A stretch of 64,000 bases of DNA, from NCBI GenBank assembly GCA_052279835.1, contig CP181291.1:832001-896000 (forward strand), given 5' to 3'. The stretch is from Microcoleus sp. (lineage in GTDB: Bacteria > Cyanobacteriota > Cyanobacteriia > Cyanobacteriales > Microcoleaceae). A program made the translations under genes and the position numbers. The notes beneath the pieces were generated by a model that saw only the letters and a list, made by a program, of their open reading frames with translations, was not told the origin of the DNA and made no database searches. Shown in pieces: positions 21,071 to 32,903 of the stretch; position 1 is the stretch's first letter, and every line of letters starts with the position of its first letter.

Positions 21071-21221
21071 AGTCCGACAGGGGTTCAAACCCCTGTCTAA
21101 TAGCTAAAGTCGGTTGAAACCGACGGTCGATTTGCCTGAAACCAATACATATCAACTAATTCTTTAGTCCTCTTTGAGAGGACTTTCGCTATGAGACAGG
21201 GGTTTCAACCCCTGTCGGACT
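21071..21221. repeat. Large inverted-repeat element (AGTCCGACAGGGGTT...AACCCCTGTCGGACT); single arm at 19361-19420
   Basis: About 55-nt arms with internal hairpins in inverted orientation. Confidence 0.75.
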
Positions 21222-21294
21222 ATCGGTTTTACCTTAAGTTGACACCTATGAGCAGTGCTGTGTCCTTACTAATTTCAACGTCTCCTTACTAATT

Positions 21295-24042
21295 TCACTC
21301 TGTCTTCTTCTTACTCGCCGTAGCAGTCGTCGTCTTCTTAGCAGCAGTAGTTTTCTTCGCAGCAGTGGTTTTCTTCGCCGCCGTGGTTTTCTTCGCCGCA
21401 GTCGTCTTCTTCGCCGCCGTTTCCGACTTCGCCGCAGTAGTCTTCGTTGACTTCTTCGACTTGCTAGATTTGCCGCCGCCCGCTGCTTCCTTCGCTGCTA
21501 ACAAATCCAATGCTTTTTGTAAGGTGAAATTCTCCACAGATTCATCCTTAGCCAAAGAAGCATTGATATCCCCGTGTTTGACGTAGGGGCCGTAGCGGCC
21601 GTCGTAAACATTGATGAGCTCTCCCGATTCTGGATGGGCTCCCAATTCCTTTAAAGGTGTCGCTGTTTTGCTGCTACCGCGAACTGCTTTCGGTTGCGCT
21701 AATAGTTCCAATGCCCGATCGAGCGTTATAGTCAAAACATCATCAGGTGGTTTGATCGATCGATAATCCTTACCAACCTTACCCTGGTCGTGCACCACAT
21801 AAGGCCCGTACATCCCCAAAGCAGCCTGCACCTTCGCCCCCGTCTCCGGGTGAGTGCCCAACAAGCGCGGTAGAGTCAGCAAGCCAACAGCCATCTCCAT
21901 CGTCACATTATCTTTGTCCGTCCCCTTCGGCAAAGAAGTCCGCTTCGGTTTCTTGTTAGTTTCCGACACTTCCCCTAACTGAACGTAGGGCCCATAACTA
22001 CCAATCAGCACAAAAATTGGTTCCCCAGTTTCCGGGTGCAGACCTAATTTTTCCGGCCCTTCAGTTTTTTGCTTTAACAGAAACTCGACTTGTTCCGGGT
22101 CTAAATCTGCCGGAGTCAAATCTTGGGGAATCGATGCTTTGACCGGCCCTTCTTCCCTTTCCGCTTCTAGATAAGCGCCGTATTTACCGATGCAAACTTT
22201 GGCAGAAATATTCTCCAATACCACAGTTCGGGCAACTTTGGCATCGATTTGACTTTCCTGTTCTTTGACTTGAGTTTGCAGTCCAGTTTCTCCTCGATAA
22301 AACTTGTCTAAATACGGCAGCCATTTAGCTTCGCCGGTGGCAATTTCATCGAGGGTTTGTTCCATTCTGGAAGTAAAACCGGTGTCTACTAAATCGGGAA
22401 AATGTGTTTCCAATAAAGTTGTGACGGCGAAAGCGGTGAATGTGGGAATTAGGGCGTTGGCAACTAATTTGGCGTAACCGCGATCGACTATAGTGCCGAT
22501 AATACTCGCATAGGTACTCGGACGACCCACACCTTCACTTTCGAGCATTTTGACCAGAGAAGCTTCAGTGAAACGGGCAGGAGGCTGAGTTTCGTGGCCG
22601 ACGGCCTCCAACTCCTGACAAATCGGTTTATCCCCCACTTTCAGCGGCGGCAAAATCACCTCTTGGTCTTCCAAGGCGGCATCTGGGTCATCGGAACCTT
22701 CCACGTAGGCGCGCAAAAAGCCGGGAAAATCGATGCGTTTCCCGCTGGAACGGAAACCGGCATCTTCCACCTGAGTTAATAGCGTGACGTGAGTTTGGCG
22801 CGCATCGGCCATTTGAGAAGCGACAGTCCGCTTCCAAATCAAATCGTAGAGGCGGAAGTCAATGCCATCTAGCCCGGTTTGCTGCGGAGTCCGAAAAGTG
22901 CTACCGGCGGGGCGGATAGCTTCGTGGGCTTCCTGGGCTCCTTTGCTTTTGGTCGTGTATTTGCGGGGTTGGGGACTGAGGTATTCGCTACCGTAAAGTT
23001 CTTGGACGCAACTGCGGGCTGCGGCGATCGCCTGTTCCGACAAATGCACCGAATCCGTCCGCATATAGGTGATAAAACCGCGTTCGTACAGACTTTGGGC
23101 AATTCGCATGGTTTCCCGCGCTCCCAGCCTCAGCTTGCGGTTAGCTTCCTGCTGCAAAGTCGAGGTTGTAAAGGGTGGCGAAGGTTTGCGGGTGACTGGC
23201 CGTTCTTCGAGATTGGTGACAGTCCAAGGCTTGTTTTGAAGGCGTTCTAGTAAAGCCCGCGCCTGTTCTTCATTCAGCAAAAGTACACGGCGGCCGGAGA
23301 TAATCCCGCCAGTATTTTCATCGAAATCGCTACCGTTGGCAACTTTGACATTGCCGACTGTCACCAGTTTGGCCTCAAAGGCACCGCGTCCACTGGCCGG
23401 AGGTTTGGGAGGGGTCAAAGTCGCTTTCAAATCCCAGTAACTACCTTGGCGGAAGGCGCGGCGTTCCCGTTCCCGGCGAACCAACAGGCGCACGGCGACG
23501 GACTGCACTCGGCCGGCGGACAAACCCCAAGCGATTTTTTTCCACAACAGGGGCGAAAGGGTGTAGCCGACGAGTCTGTCGAGAATGCGGCGAGTTTCTT
23601 GGGCTTGTACTACTCGATTGTCGATGTCGCGACAGTGAGTCAAAGCGTCGCGGATGGCTTCGCGGGTGATTTCGTGGAATACCATCCGCTTGATCGGAAC
23701 TTTGGGTTTGAGGATTTGCAGCAAATGCCAGGAAATGCTTTCGCCTTCGCGGTCTTCGTCTGTGGCTAGAATCAGTTCTGTTGCTTCTTTGAGGGCGTCT
23801 TTGAGTTCTTTGACTATTTTCTTTTTATCTTTCGGGATGACGTAGAGGGGTTCAAAGTCTGCCTCCACGTTGACGCCTAGTTGGGCCCATTTTTCTCCTT
23901 TAACGGCTTCTGGTATTTCTTCGGCGGAGGATGGGAGGTCGCGCACATGGCCCATTGATGCCTCTACTCGGTAGGTGGAGGGCAGGAAGTTGCGAATGGT
24001 ACGGGCTTTTGTGGGAGATTCGACGATGACTAAGGTTGACAT
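21295..24042 (-). CDS. topA: DNA topoisomerase I
   Basis: [26 protein letters not shown] and ITYMRTD motifs; Toprim_C repeats and (AAKKTT)n tail. Confidence 0.97.
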   Translation of the reverse strand: MSTLVIVESPTKARTIRNFLPSTYRVEASMGHVRDLPSSAEEIPEAVKGEKWAQLGVNVEADFEPLYVIPKDKKKIVKELKDALKEATELILATDEDREGESISWHLLQILKPKVPIKRMVFHEITREAIRDALTHCRDIDNRVVQAQETRRILDRLVGYTLSPLLWKKIAWGLSAGRVQSVAVRLLVRRERERRAFRQGSYWDLKATLTPPKPPASGRGAFEAKLVTVGNVKVANGSDFDENTGGIISGRRVLLLNEEQARALLERLQNKPWTVTNLEERPVTRKPSPPFTTSTLQQEANRKLRLGARETMRIAQSLYERGFITYMRTDSVHLSEQAIAAARSCVQELYGSEYLSPQPRKYTTKSKGAQEAHEAIRPAGSTFRTPQQTGLDGIDFRLYDLIWKRTVASQMADARQTHVTLLTQVEDAGFRSSGKRIDFPGFLRAYVEGSDDPDAALEDQEVILPPLKVGDKPICQELEAVGHETQPPARFTEASLVKMLESEGVGRPSTYASIIGTIVDRGYAKLVANALIPTFTAFAVTTLLETHFPDLVDTGFTSRMEQTLDEIATGEAKWLPYLDKFYRGETGLQTQVKEQESQIDAKVARTVVLENISAKVCIGKYGAYLEAEREEGPVKASIPQDLTPADLDPEQVEFLLKQKTEGPEKLGLHPETGEPIFVLIGSYGPYVQLGEVSETNKKPKRTSLPKGTDKDNVTMEMAVGLLTLPRLLGTHPETGAKVQAALGMYGPYVVHDQGKVGKDYRSIKPPDDVLTITLDRALELLAQPKAVRGSSKTATPLKELGAHPESGELINVYDGRYGPYVKHGDINASLAKDESVENFTLQKALDLLAAKEAAGGGKSSKSKKSTKTTAAKSETAAKKTTAAKKTTAAKKTTAAKKTTAAKKTTTATASKKKTE

Positions 24043-24435
24043 GGCATCTTTTATATATGGATGGCGAGGCAGAAGCGAGTGTTTAATTTACAGAGTGTAT
24101 GTCAGATGTCAAGGCTTATGGGAACTTTGGCTATTATTTTCACGCTACCTTAATTTTTAAGTTATTGCCGATCGGCTTGCGGGTAGAATTCTGCCAAATG
24201 CTGAATGCCTGGTGGGGACAAGATGCACGGGATATCTCATCTGACTTTAGCAGAATTGCTGGTTGCTGGATGCTGAGACTGCTGGATGTGGGCTGATGGT
24301 TCCTCAAGATCCCATATTAAGTAATTTAAAGTGTTGGGTCGCAGATGGGGAAAATATCACAAAGGCGGACTAGGCCTGCCTTTGTGATTGCGGAAAATTA
24401 CCCAAAATTAACCGCTGCTTTCTTTAATTTCGGCA

Positions 24436-24843
24436 CTAAAAGACTGCCAAACCAGTTAAAGCCACCAAACATCCTAACTGAATAGCTAAACATAAAAGCC
24501 GAAATATTGGATCGATTCGAGCGATGTGAATTACTGAGTGTAAAATCCGAAATCCGGTGTAGGCAACTATCAGCAAATCTACTGCTGTGCCGGAAACAGC
24601 CCGCCCGGTAAGCAGGAAAACAACTCCCGCATACAAAGTCAGGTTTTCTATTAAGTTGGAATGTGCCCGCAGCAGCCGCCACAGCAAACTTTCATCGTTT
24701 GGCGTACCGAAATCTTTGATAGTTCCGCCTGCTGATAGATGCCGAATTCTGGTGATTAGCAGCGCGATAACCAGTACGATCGCCCATAAAATTAGAATTG
24801 CTAAGCCCCAGAGGGGGAAAGTCATCTCGATCGGCATTTGCAT
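24436..24843 (-). CDS. MAPEG family membrane protein
   Basis: RAHSNLIENL and RILHS motifs; four TM segments. Confidence 0.8.
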   Translation of the reverse strand: MQMPIEMTFPLWGLAILILWAIVLVIALLITRIRHLSAGGTIKDFGTPNDESLLWRLLRAHSNLIENLTLYAGVVFLLTGRAVSGTAVDLLIVAYTGFRILHSVIHIARIDPIFRLLCLAIQLGCLVALTGLAVF

Positions 24844-24940
24844 CTTGTTTCTCCTAGAATATCTGCTGATAGCTTAGAAATTTTGCCCGTCAAAACTCTA
24901 GAAAAAAGTTGCCGAATTTTAGTACAATCTTGCGATCGCC

Positions 24941-25849
24941 TTATGCTCGCCGCAGCATTTGTTTGGGAGTCACGCCCACCAGGCGCTTAAAATATCGAGT
25001 CAAATGACTTTGGTCACAAAAACCTACTTCGCTGGCAATTTCTGCGATGCTGAGTTCGCTATGGTGCAATAAATACTTGGCGCGATCGATCCGACACTGC
25101 AAAATATACTGATGGGGTGTAGTGCCTGTACTCTGTTTAAACAAGCGCAAAAAGTAATAGGGACTGATCTGAGCTTGTTGGGCAATCTCGACTAATTTCA
25201 AATCTCGATGGAGGTTTTCCCTGATATATTCCGTCACTTGTTTGAGCTTTGAGGCGGATAATCCATCAGCATAGTTATAAATCTGAGGCTGCGCGGTGCA
25301 GTAGTTCCGCAACAAGTGAATTGCTAGTGCTGTTTTGAGACTGTCAACGAGCAAATCGCCGCCGATTTTGGTTGATTCCACTTCATTTCTCAAAGCCGCA
25401 ATAATACCTTGAATTAGGATATCTTGCTCGGTCATGAAATGAGGAATGAGTTCCATGCGATCGGTATTGACTAAATCTTGACCTACTTGTTCTAACAGCG
25501 CCGGTGCAATGGCGACGATCGTAAATTGCGCTGAAGTACGCCAATTGCAAATCTGGGAAATCCCCGCCGGAATAATCGCAATATCTCCCTGATTTCGCGC
25601 TTCAGTTTTTAGCTTTCCATCCAACCACCTTTCTCCCGATCTTTCTCCCGATATCGGGAAGTTTGGGCAGTGGGCAATGACGTGCCATGTACCTCGATGT
25701 TCGGGAGTGTCGAACTTTGGCTGTTGGTGGAGTTCAAAATAAATTTGCTCCCATCCCGAACTTTTGAGCAAAGCAGGTTGGGGTAGCAGCAAATCGGAAG
25801 CGTTTTCTTTGCTGAAATCGAGAATTTTTACTGGTGCTGGTGGGTTCAT
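24941..25849 (-). CDS. AraC family transcriptional regulator
   Basis: C-terminal double HTH: SPYYFLRLFK, GFCDQSHLTRYFK. Confidence 0.92.
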   Translation of the reverse strand: MNPPAPVKILDFSKENASDLLLPQPALLKSSGWEQIYFELHQQPKFDTPEHRGTWHVIAHCPNFPISGERSGERWLDGKLKTEARNQGDIAIIPAGISQICNWRTSAQFTIVAIAPALLEQVGQDLVNTDRMELIPHFMTEQDILIQGIIAALRNEVESTKIGGDLLVDSLKTALAIHLLRNYCTAQPQIYNYADGLSASKLKQVTEYIRENLHRDLKLVEIAQQAQISPYYFLRLFKQSTGTTPHQYILQCRIDRAKYLLHHSELSIAEIASEVGFCDQSHLTRYFKRLVGVTPKQMLRRA

Positions 25850-26293
25850 AAAATTATTAATTAGCTAAACCTAGCAAATCTCATTCGCTCTATTTCACTT
25901 TTTGCTACTCTAATGCTTTCTTCTCCACTTCTTTGATAATTTGCATAGGCGAAGCATGACCGCAGACAATTTATTAGCGATAACCAGAGAGTTAAAGCGG
26001 TCATGCTTCGCCCCTAGGAATATATTTGCAAAATCAGATGCACCAGTCCGATCGCGCTGTGGATGGCAATACAGAGGCAACTGGAATGCCCGTGCGATCG
26101 ACGAGGCAGAGCCTCCAACAGAGGTTCCCAGGCAGATCCTGGGAACCAGTGGAACCTAAGTATCGCAACAAACACTGGCGAAACTGGGAGCGTGAGGCTG
26201 TAATCAGCTACAATCCAATTTGGTAAAGACTTTCTAACATTTCACTGCCCATCACAGGCTTTGGGGCCTGTATTACCCAACTTGTCTGAAAAT

Positions 26294-27868
26294 ATGGATT
26301 TTGCTACTCTTGCCGCCCAGTTAAATGCTGGAACTATATTGCCAGAGGGAATTGTCATCGTCACCCTTTTGGTGGTGCTCGTCGGCGACTTAATCGTCGG
26401 CCGCAGTTCCTCTGGTTGGACTCCCTACGTTGCTGTTGCCGGTTTGCTCGCAGCCGTCGGTGCCTTATGTTTGCAAGCGGATAACACTAATACTATCTCG
26501 TTTCTAGGCGGTTTTAACAGCGATGCCTTGAGTTTAGTATTTCGTGGAATTATTGCTTTGACTGCGGCTGTCACTATTTTGATCTCCGTCCGCTATGTAT
26601 TGCAAACTGGTACTGCTTTAGCGGAATTTATCGGCATTTTGCTCACCGCTACTTTGGGGGGAATGTTCCTTTCCGGTGCTGATGAATTGGTGATGATTTT
26701 TATTTCGTTGGAAACCCTCAGTATCTCCTCTTATTTGCTGACGGGTTACACAAAACGCGACCCGCGTTCCAATGAAGCGGCTTTGAAATATCTGTTAATT
26801 GGTGCTTCTTCTTCGGCGGTGTTTCTCTACGGGCTGTCGCTGCTGTACGGGTTGTCTGGTGGTGAAACTACCTTAAGCGCGATCGCAGCTAATCTTTCTA
26901 CTCTCAATGATGGTCAATCTCTCGGTTTAGTGATTGCGTTGGTATTTGCGATCGCCGGAATTGCCTTCAAAATCTCTGCGGTTCCCTTCCACCAATGGAC
27001 ACCAGACGTTTACGAAGGTTCCCCAACACCCGTTGTCGCCTTCCTTTCTGTCGGTTCCAAAGCAGCCGGTTTCGCTCTAGCCATCCGCTTGTTAACTACG
27101 GTTTTCCCCGTACTTACAGAACAGTGGCACTTCGTATTCACAGCCCTAGCAATTCTCAGCATGGTGTTGGGAAATGTAGTAGCTCTTGCTCAGACTAGCA
27201 TGAAGCGGCTTTTGGCTTATTCGTCGATCGCCCAAGCCGGCTTTGTAATGATTGGTTTGGTTGCAGGAACCGAAGCCGGTTATTCCAGCATGATATTTTA
27301 TCTGTTGGTTTACCTGTTTATGAACTTAGGTGCTTTCGCCTGCATCATCCTGTTCTCATTGCGGACTGGCACCGACCAAATTAGCGACTACTCCGGTTTG
27401 TATCAAAAAGACCCATTGCTAACTTTAGCATTGAGTATTTGTTTACTTTCCCTCGGCGGAATCCCACCCTTGGCTGGATTTTTCGGCAAGATTTATCTAT
27501 TCTGGGCTGGCTGGCAAGCTGGACTTTACGGCTTAGTTATTTTGGGATTAATCACCAGTGTTGTTTCGATTTACTACTACATCCGCGTCGTCAAAATGAT
27601 GGTAGTTAAGGAACCTCAAGAGATGTCAGATGTTGTCAAAAATTATCCTGAAATTCGCTGGAATCTTCAAGGAATGCGACCTTTGCAAGTCACTGTTGTA
27701 CTGACTTTGGTTGCGACAACGTTGGCTGGTATTTTGTCGAATCCTTTGTTTAATATGGCTAACGATGCTGTTGCCAATACTCCCATGTTGCAGTCGGCTT
27801 TGAGTCAGGTACAGCCTGTGGTAGCTGCTGCAAAAATCGAATCTAACTTGTTGTCTCCCCGGAATTAA
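26294..27868 (+). CDS. ndhB: NAD(P)H-quinone oxidoreductase subunit 2
   Basis: [48 protein letters not shown]. Confidence 0.96.
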   Translation: MDFATLAAQLNAGTILPEGIVIVTLLVVLVGDLIVGRSSSGWTPYVAVAGLLAAVGALCLQADNTNTISFLGGFNSDALSLVFRGIIALTAAVTILISVRYVLQTGTALAEFIGILLTATLGGMFLSGADELVMIFISLETLSISSYLLTGYTKRDPRSNEAALKYLLIGASSSAVFLYGLSLLYGLSGGETTLSAIAANLSTLNDGQSLGLVIALVFAIAGIAFKISAVPFHQWTPDVYEGSPTPVVAFLSVGSKAAGFALAIRLLTTVFPVLTEQWHFVFTALAILSMVLGNVVALAQTSMKRLLAYSSIAQAGFVMIGLVAGTEAGYSSMIFYLLVYLFMNLGAFACIILFSLRTGTDQISDYSGLYQKDPLLTLALSICLLSLGGIPPLAGFFGKIYLFWAGWQAGLYGLVILGLITSVVSIYYYIRVVKMMVVKEPQEMSDVVKNYPEIRWNLQGMRPLQVTVVLTLVATTLAGILSNPLFNMANDAVANTPMLQSALSQVQPVVAAAKIESNLLSPRN

Positions 27869-27892
27869 GTTTACCTGATTTTGAGAGATGGG

Positions 27893-27928
27893 AAAGCGCC
27901 TGACTTTTTGAAGTTGGGCGTTTTTTTT
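27893..27928 (+). terminator. Rho-independent terminator of ndhB
   Basis: AAAGCGCCTGACTT-TTTG-AAGTTGGGCGTTT hairpin followed by a T-run. Confidence 0.7.
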
Positions 27929-28022
27929 GTGGGTGCGATCGGCGGTTGAAACCGGCCGAAAGTCAAACCAAGTCTGCCTTTGCAGACTAGGAGATAAAGC
28001 GATATTTAAGCTGGATTTGATA

Positions 28023-28637
28023 TCATAGGTCTAATACTTGCTCTGCTGTCAATGCTAATTCTGGGAAAGTTCGGGATATAATGCGATCGCTCCCTCGGTA
28101 AGCACTCATTTGATAAACCCCATTTTCATCGAGCAGGTAAACAAAAACAGTCGGCTCTTTCGGGTTGCCCAAATAGTTTCTGCTACCCAAAGCTAAATAA
28201 TCAACAATCCAATATTCAGCAATTCCCAGACGCTGATATTCATCCAGTTTGTCGATATAATCATCTTCCCAATTTGTCGAGACAACTTCTACCACTAATT
28301 GTGGAGGTTCAGTTAGAGCTGAATAAGCGAATGGCTGAGATTTCCAGATGGTTTTATCTACTACAGTAACATCAGGGTGGCGGCCTTGTTCTTTACCATT
28401 CTGGGTTAACGTTCTCAGCATAAATCTGCCAGATACCCTGTAATTTAGAGGGACGCGATCGACTTCTCTATCAAATTGTTTAATGAGAAAATCGGCAACA
28501 TCCTCATGTAGTCTTATTGGTAATATTTTCACAATCTCTCCATTGACAAATTCATAGCGGCCTTCTTCATCGGGAAGTTGCTTGACAAATTGCTCAAAAG
28601 TAAGCAGTTGCTTCGTTTGGATTGGTGATACAGTCAT
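28023..28637 (-). CDS. Uma2 family endonuclease-like protein
   Basis: RYEFVNGEI, HPDVTV, VVEVVS and EYWIVD motifs. Confidence 0.88.
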   Translation of the reverse strand: MTVSPIQTKQLLTFEQFVKQLPDEEGRYEFVNGEIVKILPIRLHEDVADFLIKQFDREVDRVPLNYRVSGRFMLRTLTQNGKEQGRHPDVTVVDKTIWKSQPFAYSALTEPPQLVVEVVSTNWEDDYIDKLDEYQRLGIAEYWIVDYLALGSRNYLGNPKEPTVFVYLLDENGVYQMSAYRGSDRIISRTFPELALTAEQVLDL

Positions 28638-28869
28638 AGTTGGCTCTCATTTAGCTGCATTTTAAAACTATTCGCTAACCATTTTAACATATATTAACTT
28701 AATATGAATAACTGCAATGACGTAGGCCTCACTTTTTACCATACAACTGAAACTTTAAGGGGAGATTGAATCCGTTCTAGGTTATTCCGTTTCTTTTCCA
28801 AAGACCAGTCGTGGGTGTCTTCCGTCAGGAGTTGAGCAGAGCCCAAAATCAGGCTCAGAGGAGAGGGAG

Positions 28870-29634
28870 TTGCCCTCTATCCCTAGCTCTGTAACCATCG
28901 TCAAAGATTGTGCCAACCGCTATTTCCTCAGTTTTGTAGTAGAAGTTGAACCCATCAGTATTGATACCAAAAACCCAAGCATCGGTATTGACTTAGGGAT
29001 TAAAACTTTTGCCGTGATGAGCAATGGAGAGAAAGCTGAAAGTCCTAGCTATAAAAAGTTAGACAGAAAAGTCCGTAAACTCCAAAAAAAGCTGGCACGA
29101 CAACCCAAAGACTCAAGACGTAGAAATAGAACTCGAATCAGAATAGCCAAAACACACAATCAGATTGCCGACATCCGCAAAAACTTTTTGCACAAATTAT
29201 CAACCAAAGTAGTCAGTGAAAACCAAACTATTATTTTGGAAGACTTGAACGTGTCAGGAATGGTCAAAAACCGCAAACTTGCCAGAGAAATTAGCCAACA
29301 AGGATGGTATGAATTCCGTTCTTTGTGTGAGGCAAAATCTGAGAAAATTGGGCGTAATTTTAGAGTAATTAGTCGTTGGAAACCCACCAGTCAAATCTGC
29401 TCAGACTGTGGGTTTAAATGGGGTAAACTAGACCTCTCAATTCGTTCAATTCTGTGCCTAAATTGTGGCACAGAACAGGACAGAGATGAGAACGCAGCTA
29501 GGAATATAAACAAAGTCGGGATAGGGCATTGCCACGACTCTAAATGTACGTCGAGACAGAGTAAGACCATTTCGGTGGCATCAGTCGATGAAGCGTAAAG
29601 AATCCCCGTGCGTTCACGCCGGGGAGTATGTCAA
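28870..29634 (+). mobile_element. tnpB: 5'-truncated IS200/IS605 tnpB (ORF 28870-29598) with omega-RNA and right end
   Basis: GIDLG, ILEDL, CSDCG...CLNCG and DRDENAA; lacks the N-terminal domain; ends in the TCCCCG...CGGGGAG hairpin + TATGTCAA. Confidence 0.88.
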
Positions 29635-29887
29635 ACGCGCCCTCCCCAGCAATCGGTTACTGGAGCTCGATCGCTTTTACAGCAGATTGCAAGTTTATGA
29701 GATACAGTAGCAATAGTAACCAGTAGTTAGCGTAAAGCTTTTAAGAATCCCTCTCAGAACTCAATAGCAGGCAATAGAGCGATTGCTCTGTTACCTGCTT
29801 GTCCAGCAGATCGGGAAGCAAGTGTGCGTGAAGTTTGCGCTAATGGTACGCAGATTAACACAGATGCAACTTAGTGTAGAGGTGAAA

Positions 29888-30475
29888 ATGTTAGTACAAA
29901 GTAAGCAAAAAATTTATACTTTAGATGAGTACCGGGAGTTAGAGGAAACTGCTGAGTTTAGAAATGAATATCGCGATGGAGAAATTGTACAAATGGCTGG
30001 TGGTACGATCGATCATAGTCAAATTATAGGTAATATCCATGCCTTCTTGAAATATGCTTTGCGAGGTAAAAGTGCCAGACCATTTAGTGATTTGCGGTTG
30101 TGGATTCCTCGGTATCGACGCGGAACTTATCCAGATGTGATGGTAGTTGAAGGAGAATTAGTTTGTACAGAGGGACGGAAAGATGAAATACTCAATCCGG
30201 TGCTGATTGTGGAAGTGCTTTCTAAGTCTACCAAGGATTTCGATAAAGAGGACAAGTTTCGGTTTTATCGATCGATTCCTGAATTTCGCGAGTATGTATT
30301 AGTCAATCAATCTGAGTTTTTAGTGACACAATATATTAAAACTGAATCGAATCAATGGTTGTTTCAGGAATATGAGGGGGAATCGGCAATAGTTTATTTT
30401 GCTTCGGTGGAAGTACAAATGTCCATGAGTGATATTTATGAGTTGGTTATATTTGAGACGGATGAGAGTGATTAA
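29888..30475 (+). CDS. Uma2 family protein (tandem paralog 1)
   Basis: EYRDGEIVQM, TYPDVMV, IVEVLSKST; ATG follows GAGG. Confidence 0.88.
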   Translation: MLVQSKQKIYTLDEYRELEETAEFRNEYRDGEIVQMAGGTIDHSQIIGNIHAFLKYALRGKSARPFSDLRLWIPRYRRGTYPDVMVVEGELVCTEGRKDEILNPVLIVEVLSKSTKDFDKEDKFRFYRSIPEFREYVLVNQSEFLVTQYIKTESNQWLFQEYEGESAIVYFASVEVQMSMSDIYELVIFETDESD

Positions 30476-30549
30476 ATTATCTTTTTCAACCGCAGATATA
30501 GGCGGATTAACGCGGATTAACGCAGATAAAAGTTTGTACGGAGGTAAAA

Positions 30550-31149
30550 ATGTTAGCACCAAGTAAGCAAAAAATTTATACTTTAGATGAGTACCGGGAG
30601 TTAGAGGAAACTGCTGAGTTTAGAAATGAATATCGCGATGGAGAAATTGTACAAATGACTGGTGGTACTATTAATCACAGCCGGATTATCCGAAATTTGA
30701 GTAGAATTTTGGGAAATTTGCTTGAGGAGAATTCCTATGAGCTTTTTCACAATGATTTGCGGTTGTGGATTCCTCGGTATCGACGCGGAACTTACCCGGA
30801 TGTTATTGTAATTGCAGGAGATCCTATTTTTAATGATGGACGCAAGGATGAAATACTCAATCCTATGCTGATTGTGGAAGTGCTTTCTAAGTCTACCAAT
30901 AATTTTGATAAAGAGGATAAGTTTCGGTTTTATCGATCGATTCCTGAATTCCGAGAATATGTCTTAGTAAGCCAATACGAATTTTTAGTAGCACAATATA
31001 TTAAAACTGAATCGAATGAGTGGTTATTTCGGGAATATGAAGGAGAATCAGCAATAGTTTCCTTTGCTTCTGTGGAAGTGCAAATGTCGATGAGCGAGAT
31101 TTACGCAAAAGTGGTATTTGAAACAGACGAGACAGAATTGCCTCAGTAA
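30550..31149 (+). CDS. Uma2 family protein (tandem paralog 2)
   Basis: Highly similar to the preceding gene; ATG follows GGAGG. Confidence 0.88.
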   Translation: MLAPSKQKIYTLDEYRELEETAEFRNEYRDGEIVQMTGGTINHSRIIRNLSRILGNLLEENSYELFHNDLRLWIPRYRRGTYPDVIVIAGDPIFNDGRKDEILNPMLIVEVLSKSTNNFDKEDKFRFYRSIPEFREYVLVSQYEFLVAQYIKTESNEWLFREYEGESAIVSFASVEVQMSMSEIYAKVVFETDETELPQ

Positions 31150-31283
31150 TTTGGTTCCTAGGGGCGAAGCATTCCGGCAGTAAATCGCTGGTTATAGCGA
31201 ATAAATTATTGCCCGGAATGCTTCGCCCTTCCAAAATTGATTGCATCCACTACAAACACAAATTAAATTTCAAGTAAAATTAG

Positions 31284-32903
31284 ATGAATGTAATTTGGTT
31301 ACTGTTAAAGGCTTCTTGGTTAAATGTTTCCATCGCCATACTCACAGGCTTAATCAGTGGCGGTTCCAGCGCCATGTTAATTGCCCTAATTAACCGCGCT
31401 ATCAGCGATAATTCTAATGCTAATCTAGTCTGGTATTTTGCGGGATTGGCAATCTTGGCTCTTTTGAGTGGCTTTGTCTCTCAATTTTTGTTAATCTATC
31501 TTTCTCAAGAAGCAGTTTATAATCTACGACTGAGTTTGAGTCGTGGTATTTTGTCTTCTCCGTTGCGAAATTTGGAAGAGTTGGGCGCTAACCGCTTGCT
31601 GGCGACTCTGACTGATGATGTGGGAACTCTTTCTAATACTATATTTTTGATTCCTTTTCTCTGTGTTGATATCGCCGTTGTTGTGGGCTGTTTAGCTTAT
31701 TTAAGCACGATTTCTGGTACAGTTTTTGTAGTTGTATTTGGTTTTTTGGTGCTGATGATTGGCACTGTACAACTGTTGCTGAACAAAATGCGGAAGTTCT
31801 TCGATTTAGCTAGAGAAGAACAGGATATATTGTTTAAGCATTTTCGCAGTATCACTGATGGCATTAAGGAACTTAAACTGCATTCTTTGCGCCGCCAAGA
31901 GTTTTTTACGGAAGAATTGCAGGTAAGCGCGGATGCTTCCCGCGATTATAACGTGACTGCTTTGAATACGGGTGCTGTGGCGATTGGAGTTGGACAATTG
32001 CTGTTTTTTATGCTGATGGGTTTGCTGTTATTTGTTCTACCCAAGTTTGTGCCAGTTTCTACTCCGGTTTTGTCTGCGTATATTCTCACAAGTACCTATT
32101 TGATGTCTCCATTTCAGAATATTTTGCAAAGGTTGCCGGCGATTTTTCGGGCTAATACTTCAGTGGAAAAGATAGAGAGAATGGGATTGGCTTTGGCTAG
32201 TCAATCTGAGATTAATTCTGTGGTAAAAAGGGTGGCAAGTGCTGATTGGCACACTCTTGAATTAAAGGGGGCGACTCACAGCTATCCGGGAGACAAAGAA
32301 GACAGCAATTTTATTTTGGGTGAGATCAGTTTGAAGTTTTATGCGGGTGAGTTGGTGTTTATAATTGGTGGAAATGGCAGCGGTAAGTCTACTTTGGCTA
32401 AGTTGATTTCTGGTTTATATATTCCTGAATCTGGAGAAATTTTGCTAGATGGACAGCGGATTACTGATGAGAATCGAGAGTGGTATAGGCAGCATTTTTC
32501 AGTAATATTTTCTGATTTTTATTTATTTGAAAGGCTTTTGGGAATGACTAACCACGATTTGGATAAGCAGGCGGCAGAATATTTGCGAGAGTTTCATTTG
32601 GATACTAAAGTGGAGGTGAAAGATGGTATATTATCGACTACGGCTTTGTCTCAGGGACAGCGAAAACGGTTGGCTTTGCTGACAGCGTATTTGGAAGATA
32701 GGTCAATTTATTTGTTTGATGAATGGGCTTCGGATCAAGACCCTTTTTTCCGGGATATTTTTTATAAGCAGTTGTTACCGGAGTTGAAGCAGCGGGGGAA
32801 AACGGTGTTTGTGATTAGTCACGATGACCGCTATTTTGATATTGCCGATCGCGCAATTAAACTAGATTACGGTAAAATAGAGTATGACCGACAAAATGGA
32901 TAA
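31284..32903 (+). CDS. Cyclic peptide export ABC transporter (PvdE/SyrD/YojI family)
   Basis: TM domain with GIKELKLH; GGNGSGKST; LSQGQRKRL; FDEWASDQDP. Confidence 0.9.
   Translation: MNVIWLLLKASWLNVSIAILTGLISGGSSAMLIALINRAISDNSNANLVWYFAGLAILALLSGFVSQFLLIYLSQEAVYNLRLSLSRGILSSPLRNLEELGANRLLATLTDDVGTLSNTIFLIPFLCVDIAVVVGCLAYLSTISGTVFVVVFGFLVLMIGTVQLLLNKMRKFFDLAREEQDILFKHFRSITDGIKELKLHSLRRQEFFTEELQVSADASRDYNVTALNTGAVAIGVGQLLFFMLMGLLLFVLPKFVPVSTPVLSAYILTSTYLMSPFQNILQRLPAIFRANTSVEKIERMGLALASQSEINSVVKRVASADWHTLELKGATHSYPGDKEDSNFILGEISLKFYAGELVFIIGGNGSGKSTLAKLISGLYIPESGEILLDGQRITDENREWYRQHFSVIFSDFYLFERLLGMTNHDLDKQAAEYLREFHLDTKVEVKDGILSTTALSQGQRKRLALLTAYLEDRSIYLFDEWASDQDPFFRDIFYKQLLPELKQRGKTVFVISHDDRYFDIADRAIKLDYGKIEYDRQNG

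Noticed and set aside
21295..21480. (AAKKTT)n repeat at the topA C-terminus as a novel element
   Set aside because: Lys/Ala-rich tails are a known feature of this TopA type.
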